This document shows positions 24,217-32,102 of a stretch of 64,000 nucleotides of DNA, piece by piece (position 1 is the stretch's first letter; every line of letters starts with the position of its first letter). A program made the position numbers and the translations under genes. The stretch is from Candidatus Nomurabacteria bacterium (GTDB lineage Bacteria > Patescibacteriota > Minisyncoccia > Phycocordibacterales > UBA9973): assembly GCA_963832025.1 (NCBI GenBank), contig CAWHSF010000002.1, forward strand, positions 17,496-81,495. Direction: 5' to 3'. A model generated the notes under the pieces. The model was not told where the DNA came from. It saw nothing but the letters and a program-made list of their open reading frames with translations, and did not search any database.

Positions 24217-25230
24217 ATGGACAAAAATGGAGATGACAAAAAAATAGACTTTTTGGCGATTGGAGATACCGCAACCGATGTTTTTATCAAGCTTGAGGAT
24301 GAGAGCGGAGCGATTGTAAGTGGCATGCCGGACACGACAGATTATCGTATCTCACTCCCCTTTGCTACAAAAATTCCTTACAAGAGTGATGCAACTGTTG
24401 CGGGAGTCGGCAATGCCCCAAACGCTGCGGTAGCTGCATCTATCTTGGGGCTCGACGCAGCTTTAGTGGCCCATGTTGGCAATGATAGAGCAGGAGAAGA
24501 AACAATTGAATCACTAAAACAACATAAAGTAGATACAAATTTTATTGTGAAAGAGGCAGGCAAAAAAACAAATTACTCCTACATCCTCTGGTATAAAGAT
24601 GACAGAACAATCTTAAGACAGCATGAGAATTTTTCTTACGCCTTGCCTGATGCAGGATCTCCTTCATGGATTTATTTCAGCGCAGTCGGAGCAGGAGCTG
24701 ATAAATTTTATGAAGAGTTTGCTAACTACATCGAAAAAAACATTGAAGTTAATTTTGCATTTCAACCGGGAGGTAATGAAGTTAGCTTGGGAAAAAAGCT
24801 TCTTAGATTTTATAAACGCGCAAATATATTTTTATGCAACGTTGAGGAAGCAGAAACGATTTTGGACATTCAAGACCTGGAAGTTAAAGATCTCTTAAAA
24901 AAAATGCGGGAGCTCGGTCCGAAAACCGTAGTTATAACCGACGGACCGAAAGGCGCCTATGCTTATGACGGCACCGATATGTGGTTTATAAAACCATATC
25001 CTGACCCAAAACCTCCATACGAACGAACTGGCGCCGGAGACGCATTTTCTTCCACCCTGGTGACTGCACTAGCCCTGGGAAAAACTTTACCCGAGGCATT
25101 ACAATGGGGAGGCATAAATTCAATGTCGGTGGTTCAATATATCGGCTCGCAAGCCGGACTTCTTCCTCGCGAAAAAATTGAAGAATATATCAAAAATGCC
25201 CCGGCAGATTACAAAGCGGTAAAAATTTAA
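24217..25230 (+). CDS. PfkB-family carbohydrate kinase
   Basis: 337 aa with the GAGDAFSSTLVTAL signature and ribokinase-like architecture. Confidence 0.8.
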   Translation: MDKNGDDKKIDFLAIGDTATDVFIKLEDESGAIVSGMPDTTDYRISLPFATKIPYKSDATVAGVGNAPNAAVAASILGLDAALVAHVGNDRAGEETIESLKQHKVDTNFIVKEAGKKTNYSYILWYKDDRTILRQHENFSYALPDAGSPSWIYFSAVGAGADKFYEEFANYIEKNIEVNFAFQPGGNEVSLGKKLLRFYKRANIFLCNVEEAETILDIQDLEVKDLLKKMRELGPKTVVITDGPKGAYAYDGTDMWFIKPYPDPKPPYERTGAGDAFSSTLVTALALGKTLPEALQWGGINSMSVVQYIGSQAGLLPREKIEEYIKNAPADYKAVKI

Positions 25231-25240
25231 AGTTTATTTT

Positions 25241-26239
25241 TTAATTTTTTCTTTTCAAAACTTTTTTTACCGCATTTTTGATGGAATCTTTCCCCATACC
25301 GTAATGTTCAATGAGTTCATTCGGTGTACCGGACTGGCCGAATTTATCCTGCACCCCGAGAAATTCTATGGCTGTCGGATAATTTTTTGCCAAAACTTCT
25401 GCCACTGCGGAACCCATTCCACCAGCAACTTGATGTTCTTCTACCGTCACTATTGCTTTGGTTTCTTTTGCAAGACTTACTATCGCTTCCACATCTATAG
25501 GCTTGATACTTGAAAGATTCATCACTTTGGTTTTTATTCCTTCAGCTTCCAATTCTTTCGCAGCAAGCAATGCTTTATACATCAAACCGCCGGTAACAAT
25601 GATTCCAGCTTGCGCGAGCCCTACATCCGGCAGCCAATAAATTTCTGCTTTGCCTAAATCAAAAGGAGTTTCTTCGGTCGTGATAATTGGAGTTTTTTCA
25701 CGAACCAAACGCAAATATGCCGGCTTGGTTGTTTTCGTAAGTGCCAGCGTGGCTTTTTTTGCTTCAATTGAATCACAAGGAGAAACGACATCCATATTGG
25801 GAAGAATCCGCATCAGAGCAATATCTTCTAGTGCTTGGTGCGTACCACCATCAGGACCAACGGAAACGCCGGAATGCGAGCCGACAATTTTCACAGGTCT
25901 ATCGTTGTAAGCTATCGTTGTCCTGATTTGTTCCCAATTACGTCCCGGAGAAAACATGGCATAAGAGGTGCAGAAAGGAATTTTCCCCATCGCCGCCATC
26001 CCCGAAGCAACGGTTACTAAATTTTGTTCCGCTACGCCCATTTCGATGAATCTCTCTGTAAATTTGTCGGCAAACAGATTCATCTGGGTTGATTCTTTCA
26101 AGTCCGCGCAAAGACCGACAACGTTTTCATTTTCTTCGCCTACTTTTAGCAAGCCCTGTCCGAAACCTTTTCGGATGGGCACTTGCTCCACATCGTCATT
26201 CCAGATTTTCGGATTTAATTTTAGATTTGGATTTAACAT
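25241..26239 (-). CDS. Transketolase, C-terminal (pyrimidine-binding) subunit
   Basis: 332 aa with FIEMGVAEQNLVTVASGMA and VGPDGGTHQALEDIALMR. It pairs with the upstream N-terminal subunit gene. Confidence 0.88.
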   Translation of the reverse strand: MLNPNLKLNPKIWNDDVEQVPIRKGFGQGLLKVGEENENVVGLCADLKESTQMNLFADKFTERFIEMGVAEQNLVTVASGMAAMGKIPFCTSYAMFSPGRNWEQIRTTIAYNDRPVKIVGSHSGVSVGPDGGTHQALEDIALMRILPNMDVVSPCDSIEAKKATLALTKTTKPAYLRLVREKTPIITTEETPFDLGKAEIYWLPDVGLAQAGIIVTGGLMYKALLAAKELEAEGIKTKVMNLSSIKPIDVEAIVSLAKETKAIVTVEEHQVAGGMGSAVAEVLAKNYPTAIEFLGVQDKFGQSGTPNELIEHYGMGKDSIKNAVKKVLKRKN

Positions 26240-26253
26240 AAGCTTAAATAAAA

Positions 26254-27117
26254 TTATTGATTTTCACTTTTTATTTTTCCGCCTAAAGTACGCAACTCCC
26301 GCAAGGCCATTTCTGCTTCTTCTTTATTTGGCGCCTTACCGTGCCACTTATAATCTCTTTCAAATTCTCTTACGCCTTTACCGGGAATGGTGTGAGCAAT
26401 AATTACAGTTGGCTTTTCGTAAATATCTTGTGCCTCTTCCACTACTTCGTTTAAAGACTGAAAATCATGTCCGGAAACTTCAATGACATGCCAATTAAAA
26501 GCGCGCCATTTGCTTTGTAGTGGTTCAAGTGGCATGGTGTCTTCCGTAAACCCATCTATTTGAATATTGTTTCGGTCCACAATAGCAATCAAATTTCTTA
26601 ATTTGTTTTTTCCCGCCAGCATCACCGCTTCCCAAGTATTACCTTCATCCAATTCCCCATCGGACATAAAACAGTAAATAAATCTGTTCTTGTCTTTACG
26701 GTCGATTTTATCCGCGAGTGCCATGCCGACAGCTTGTGATAACCCGGAACCGAGCGGACCAGAAGAAGTTTCTACGTAAGGTAAATATTCCCGATGGGGA
26801 TGTCCTTGGAGTCTTGAACCGAATTTTCTCAAAGTGTTTAGTTCTTCGATTGGAAAATATCCAGCATGAGCCATCGTGGCATAAAGCACCGGACAAATAT
26901 GTCCATTGGAAAGCACTACACGGTCACGTTCCGGCCAAGAAGGGTTTTTGGGGTCATGTTTTAAGATATGAAAATAAAATAAGGTAAAAACATCCGCCAT
27001 GCCGAGCGGACCAGCCGTGTGTCCACTACCCGCTTCGAGTAACATAGAAATAATGCTTTCGCGAATATCGTTGGCTTTTTTTTCTAAATTTAAAATTTTT
27101 TCTTCGGATAAAAACAT
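26254..27117 (-). CDS. Transketolase, N-terminal (TPP-binding) subunit
   Basis: Motifs GHTAGPLGMADVF, SNGHICPVLYA, GPLGSGLSQAVGMA and DGELDEGNTWEA. I set the start to ATG 27117 (MFLSEEK...) to avoid overlap with the upstream gene. Confidence 0.85.
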   Translation of the reverse strand: MFLSEEKILNLEKKANDIRESIISMLLEAGSGHTAGPLGMADVFTLFYFHILKHDPKNPSWPERDRVVLSNGHICPVLYATMAHAGYFPIEELNTLRKFGSRLQGHPHREYLPYVETSSGPLGSGLSQAVGMALADKIDRKDKNRFIYCFMSDGELDEGNTWEAVMLAGKNKLRNLIAIVDRNNIQIDGFTEDTMPLEPLQSKWRAFNWHVIEVSGHDFQSLNEVVEEAQDIYEKPTVIIAHTIPGKGVREFERDYKWHGKAPNKEEAEMALRELRTLGGKIKSENQ

Positions 27118-27139
27118 TAGCTTAATTGTACCACAAAAT

Positions 27140-27844
27140 TTATATAAAACTTTGAAAGTTTTCGAGTGCGCCAATTGGGTCTGGATTTTTCCAGATAGCT
27201 GACCCCACAGTGAGTCGGTCTGCTCCGGCATCCAATATTTCTTTAGCATTGTTTAAATTCACACCAATATCCACGGATATAACAATGCCCGGTAAACTTT
27301 TCTTAAAAAATTTTATGGCTTCCAGGGCTTTATCGGAAAAAGGTTCACCCTGTAAACCAATCCTGTCTGAACCCATACAATGTAAGAAATCAACTTTGTG
27401 AGAAAGTTTAGAGACAGTCAGAAAATCATCACTGGGCTTAAAAGCGAGTCCAATCTGCACACTGTCTCGAATATAAATATCCAAGCCTTCCAAGAAATCT
27501 TCAAATTCTATAAGATTTTTATCCACTCCCAAGTGAAAAATAATCCTCTTGGGTCCCAGTTTCATATAAATATCAAAATTCTGGACCGCATCCGCCACCA
27601 TCAAATCCAATTCAAAATCAAAATCGGTCCAAAATGGCAGACCTTCTTCTTCATTCATAATCTTCTCAAAATCAAAATCCTCAAATCCCCCCGTCGCGAA
27701 AGGCCAAGTTTGACTTGCGACAAAAACTCCGTCACACATGTCCAAATGCACACATTTTGTTCTGCCGCGCAAAAAAGTAAGTTTGTTTTTTATCTCTCCA
27801 AAATCTTTTTCTAAAATTGCCGGAGTTATTTCTTTCATTTTCAC
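27140..27844 (-). CDS. Ribulose-phosphate 3-epimerase-like protein (divergent)
   Basis: 234 aa with HLDMCDGVFV, a DLMV...IIFH pattern, ISVDIGVN and GADRLTVGSAIW, resembling the Rpe TIM barrel. Context is the pentose-phosphate operon. Confidence 0.6.
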   Translation of the reverse strand: MKMKEITPAILEKDFGEIKNKLTFLRGRTKCVHLDMCDGVFVASQTWPFATGGFEDFDFEKIMNEEEGLPFWTDFDFELDLMVADAVQNFDIYMKLGPKRIIFHLGVDKNLIEFEDFLEGLDIYIRDSVQIGLAFKPSDDFLTVSKLSHKVDFLHCMGSDRIGLQGEPFSDKALEAIKFFKKSLPGIVISVDIGVNLNNAKEILDAGADRLTVGSAIWKNPDPIGALENFQSFI

Positions 27845-28656
27845 ATTATATCATTATTTAATTTTAACTTTTGCTTGTTTACTTCATCAACTAATACATC
27901 ATGAAATACTCCATTAGACGCAATAAAATAATTATTCGGAAAAATATAGGGGCTACCATCAAGCGCTGAAATTTTTCCTCCGGCTTCTTTTACTAAAATT
28001 ACTCCAGCGGCAAAATCATAAGAATTCAAACCAAGCTGAATATCTGCTTCAAATCCACCAGAAGCAACACAAGCCAAGTCAAGTGCCGAACAACCCATGT
28101 CTCGGACTGTGGTAACGACATTTTTGGGAAAATAATACATCAACTCTCTAAAAAGTCTTTCCACACTTTTTCCTTTACCTCTCGAAGCAGTAATCATACT
28201 ATGTGAAATGTCATCTTTGGAAACAAATATTCTTTTGCTGTTACAATATGCGCCTTTATTCTTTTCCGCATAAAATAAAATATCCGTTGTCGGGTTATAA
28301 ACAACTCCCAAAACAATTTCATTTTGAAAAGCCAGCGCAATTGAGACCGCAAAGACAGGAATATGATTTGAAAAATTTCTTGTCCCATCAATCGGGTCAA
28401 TGTACCAGACATAATCGCTCTTATTTACGGTCATACCTGTTTCTTCTCCCAATATTGAGTGTTCGGGAAAATTTCTGCAAATTATTTCCTTGATGATTTT
28501 TTCGGATTCCCTGTCAGCTAAAGTGACGGGAGAATTATCCTCCTTGAATTCTTTAATTATATCCGTCTCAAAGTGCTTTTCTAAAATTTTTCCGGCAGAT
28601 AAAGCCGCTTCTATCGCCACTTTTAATTCCGGTGATTTTTCCTCCATAAAAGTCAA
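27841..28656 (-). CDS. Inositol monophosphatase/FBPase-family phosphatase
   Basis: 271 aa with EETG, WYIDPIDGTRNF and YDFAAG motifs. Confidence 0.8.
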   Translation of the reverse strand: MTFMEEKSPELKVAIEAALSAGKILEKHFETDIIKEFKEDNSPVTLADRESEKIIKEIICRNFPEHSILGEETGMTVNKSDYVWYIDPIDGTRNFSNHIPVFAVSIALAFQNEIVLGVVYNPTTDILFYAEKNKGAYCNSKRIFVSKDDISHSMITASRGKGKSVERLFRELMYYFPKNVVTTVRDMGCSALDLACVASGGFEADIQLGLNSYDFAAGVILVKEAGGKISALDGSPYIFPNNYFIASNGVFHDVLVDEVNKQKLKLNNDIM

Positions 28657-29129
28657 TCAATTTTTATCGCGTCTATTTTTGCTAAACGGCGGATGTGCCT
28701 TTCGTCTTCACTAAAAGGAGTAGCAAGCCAAAGATTCACAGCATCCATCATGCTTTCTTCCGTCAGATATCGAGCGCCGAGAGATAGGACGTTTGAGTTA
28801 TTGTGTTCTCGAGAACGAACAATTATATCTGATTCATTATCAACCACAGGTACAGCTTTACCATAAAAGACAACTGCTCGAACATGGGGAAATTTATTTG
28901 CAGCAATAGCTTCACCTTGTCCGGTAGAGCCGAGAATAATACCTTTCACATTATCTGAATCTTTGGAAACAGCGCGAGCTACCGGCACAACAAAGTCAGG
29001 ATAGTCATCTACTTCATTGTATTCAAACGCTCCCATGTCTAAGACTTCATAGCCTTGACCTTTTAAAGATTTTACAAGTGCCTCTTTTAAAACATACCCT
29101 GCATGATCAGTGCCGATATATATTTTCAT
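28653..29129 (-). CDS. rpiB: Ribose-5-phosphate isomerase B
   Basis: 158 aa with N-terminus MKIYIGTDHAGYVLKEAL and GSTGQGEAIAANK, typical of RpiB/LacAB. Confidence 0.85.
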   Translation of the reverse strand: MKIYIGTDHAGYVLKEALVKSLKGQGYEVLDMGAFEYNEVDDYPDFVVPVARAVSKDSDNVKGIILGSTGQGEAIAANKFPHVRAVVFYGKAVPVVDNESDIIVRSREHNNSNVLSLGARYLTEESMMDAVNLWLATPFSEDERHIRRLAKIDAIKID

Positions 29130-29138
29130 ATGACAATA

Positions 29139-29800
29139 TTATACCACTTCACTTTCTCTACGCAATTCTGAAAACAAAGCCACCGTCTGTCCAAAATCTT
29201 TTTCTGCAACTATAAAGATAAATTCTGTCGGAGTAGAAACAAGTTCTTCTATATTTATACGGGCACGAGCCGTCACAGAAAGTAAGGAGAAAGAAAGTGT
29301 TTGGCACACTAAAAACATCTGGATCAAAAGAAATTCCAATCGCCGCCAAGTTATGATTGATAATTTTTGGTTTTATTTTAAAATGTTTTAATAACTTTAT
29401 TCGCCAAATTTGAAGAACAAATAATGTCAACTTCTTTTGTGCTCATGTTGGTCGTAAAAAAATCATCTCTAGATATTAAAATATTTTTATGCAAAGATTC
29501 CAATCCTTCAATAAATTTACTAGTATTTTCGTAAACAATTTCCGATAGTGGCAATTTTGTATTGATATTTAAAATTTCAACTTTATGAATCAGTGGCTTT
29601 TCTTTCTTGAATTCTTTGCGCAAGCGTGACAAAGTAACCACCAAGCTGGCAATTGTGACTTTCTTTTTTGTAAGCGCTTCCACTTGTGGACGAATGCGAT
29701 AAGCATAACTGCTCATATTCATATAACCGTTAGTCAAAGCAAATAAGGCTTCGATTTCTCCAAGCACAATTTCCCGCACCACCGGTTGAATCTTAATCAT
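29139..29800 (-). pseudogene. Hypothetical protein with ACT-like C-terminus, broken by two +1 frame breaks
   Basis: Three overlapping ORFs read through as ...NKVIKTF | KIKPKIINHNLAAIGISFDPDVFSVPNTF | SFSLLSVTARARINIEELVSTPTEFIFIVAEKD.... The breaks lie near 29380 and near 29290. Confidence 0.55.
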
Positions 29801-30021
29801 TTATATATTCTAACAGATTTAACAAATAGTTCAAATTGCAACATGGATGTTAAAAAACTTACTATGCCTTTGTGGCATTGATATAATTTATGGAAGGAGT
29901 GTTCCATGCGATACACTGCACAGGAGTTCAATGAGTGGGATAACGAAGAATAATCTCGTTGTCCTCCAATCCAACAGGTCGGGTCAGTCGCGTCGAAAAC
30001 GCCACTGACCCCACCAAATTT

Positions 30022-30948
30022 ATGCAAAAAGTATCAAAAAATATTTCGAGGGGATTATTGGAAGCTATTGGAAATACTCCATTGGTGAAAGTTCCTTTTA
30101 AAACTAAAGCAGAGGTTTTTGCCAAACTGGAATATTTAAATCCGGGTGGAAGTATTAAAGACCGTTCAGCGCGTTTTATGATTGAAGAAGCGGAAAAGAA
30201 AGGTTTATTAAAACCGGGAGGAACTATTATCGAATCTTCTTCAGGAAATCAAGGAGTTGCCTGCGCAATGATTGGGGCGATAAAGAGATATAAAGTTATA
30301 ATTACCGCATCTCCGGCTATGAGTGAAGAAAAAGTAAAGACAATCAAAGCCTACGGCGCAAAAGTTATAATGTGCCCCGCTGTTTCTATTTCTGACCCAA
30401 AAAGCAGACACAATATAGCCAAAGAACTTGTGAAGAAAATTCCAAACTCCTTCATGCCAAATCAATATTTTAATCTTTCTAATCCAAAAGCCCATTACAG
30501 TTCGTTGGGACCGGAAATTTGGCGTCAGACAAAAGGAAGAATCACCCACTTTTTTGCAGCAGCCGGAACCGGAGGCACGGTCAGCGGTGCGGGAAAATTT
30601 TTAAAAGAAAAAAATCCAAAAATTAAAATTATGGCTGTTGATATCGACACATCTTTTCATTCGACAAACGGTCATCCTAAGCCCTATAAAATGGAAGGAA
30701 TAGGAATTGATTTTAAAACGGATTGTTTAAATGAAAAAATCATTGATAAGTTTTTTCCAGTTTCAGATAAACACGGTCTTGGAATGCTCCCAGTGATGGC
30801 ATCTAAGTACGGTCTCCTAGTAGGTACAGGCAGTGGAGCTGTATCTTATGCAGTCAAAAGTTATTTAAATAGACTGAAAAAAGGCGATGTGGTGGTAATG
30901 CTTTTCGGTGATTCTGGCCGAGCTTACTTGTCAAAAAATTACTATTGA
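30022..30948 (+). CDS. PLP-dependent cysteine synthase/cystathionine beta-synthase family enzyme
   Basis: Motifs IGNTPLVKV, NPGGSIKDR and SSGNQGVA. I prefer ATG 30022 to the TTG at 29959 used by the track. Confidence 0.82.
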   Translation: MQKVSKNISRGLLEAIGNTPLVKVPFKTKAEVFAKLEYLNPGGSIKDRSARFMIEEAEKKGLLKPGGTIIESSSGNQGVACAMIGAIKRYKVIITASPAMSEEKVKTIKAYGAKVIMCPAVSISDPKSRHNIAKELVKKIPNSFMPNQYFNLSNPKAHYSSLGPEIWRQTKGRITHFFAAAGTGGTVSGAGKFLKEKNPKIKIMAVDIDTSFHSTNGHPKPYKMEGIGIDFKTDCLNEKIIDKFFPVSDKHGLGMLPVMASKYGLLVGTGSGAVSYAVKSYLNRLKKGDVVVMLFGDSGRAYLSKNYY

Positions 30949-30950
30949 TT

Positions 30951-31975
30951 TTATTTTATCCACTCCCCGGTTTTGATGACATGGTCCACGAGCATGTGCG
31001 TGTACCCCATTTCATTATCGTACCAACCCATTACTTTTACCAGATTGCCTCCGACAACGCGCGTCATTTTCAAGTCCGCGATTGAACCATACTTGCTTCC
31101 CAGAATATCACTCGAAACCAAATCTTCTTCCGTCACACTGAAAATATTTTCCCATCTTTTTTCCGAGGCAGCTTTTTTCAGGATTGCATTCACCTCTTCG
31201 GCGGTCGTATCTTTTTTGGAAATAAAAGTCACATCGACAATCGAACCAGCTGGCACCGGCACGCGCATAGAAATGCCATCAAAAAGTTTGTCTAATTTAG
31301 TAAATGCTTTCGTCACGGCGATGGCTGCGCCAGTCGAAGATGGCACAATGTTCTGCGCCGCCGCTCTGCCTTCACGAAAATCTTTTTTGTTTGGTCCGTC
31401 GACAATTCCTTGGCTCGCGGTGTATCCGTGTACTGTATTTAAAATCGCTTTTTCAATTCCGAGAGCCTCGTCCAAAATCGCGATGAGCGGGCTAGCAGCA
31501 TTGGTCGTGCAAGAAGCATTGGAAGTGATATCGCAGGTTCCAAATTTTTCTTCATTCACTCCAAGTAAAATAGTTTCGCCCGTCACACTACCGTCTCCTC
31601 TTAGCTGGAGCAGAAATGACAACTTTTTTTGCGCCAGCATCAAGATGCACCTTTGCTTTATCAAAAGCTAGTAAAAAGTCCGGTAGATTCCACCACCACA
31701 TCCACACCCAAATCTTTCCAGGGGAGCAACGTCGGGTCTCTTTGCGCCAAAACTTTTACTTTTTTTCCATCAATCACGATATTGTCTCCATCGATTTTAA
31801 TGTCATGTTCCCATTGCCTGGAAACCGTATCGTATTTTAATAAATAGGCCATATTTTTTATATCGCCCAAATCATTTAAGGCGACAACTTCAATTTCCGG
31901 CTTATCCCAAGCAACTTTTAAAAATGCTCTACCAATTCTTCCGAACCCATTTATTCCTACTTTGATTGTTTTCAT
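30951..31975 (-). pseudogene. gap: Glyceraldehyde-3-phosphate dehydrogenase interrupted by two +1 frame breaks
   Basis: The N-terminal ORF ends ...VVESTGLFTSF*. A third frame reads DKAKVHLDAGAKKVVISAPAK. The C-terminal ORF resumes GDGSVTGETILLGVNEEKF...SNASCTTN. All segments match the GAPDH consensus. Confidence 0.85.
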
Positions 31976-32010
31976 ATTAAATATTATACCAAAAGTTAAA
32001 ACAAATACTA

Positions 32011-32077
32011 CCTCACCCCGCCCTTCGACAAACTCAGGGCATCCCTCTCCTTGGCAAGAAGAGAGGCTGGGGTGAGG
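32011..32077. repeat. CCTCACCCC...GGGGTGAGG palindromic element, intergenic copy upstream of dnaE
   Basis: CCTCACCCCGCCCTTCGACAAACTCAGGGCATCCCTCTCCTTGGCAAGAAGAGAGGCTGGGGTGAGG shares its termini and the CCCTCTCCTTG core with the lepA copy. Confidence 0.85.
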
Positions 32078-32102
32078 TCTAATTTATGTTATCATAATCA
32101 AA

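Noticed and set aside
25241-27117. Transketolase split into two ORFs as a possible pseudogene.
   Set aside because: The split falls at the natural boundary between the N-terminal TPP-binding and C-terminal pyrimidine-binding subunits, with separate start and stop signals. This is a well-known two-gene arrangement, not a frameshift.
30973-31671. 232-aa plus-strand ORF in the ORF track.
   Set aside because: It is entirely antisense to the gap gene, whose translation matches GAPDH throughout, and its product is low-complexity. Other antisense shadow ORFs are rejected for the same reason: 49715-50170 (versus yceI), 4342-4797 (pyrD), 14243-14701 and 14999-15484 (O-antigen ligase-like), 25968-26402 (tkt), 27398-27814 (rpe-like), 18016-18408 (leuS) and 2899-3234 (eno).
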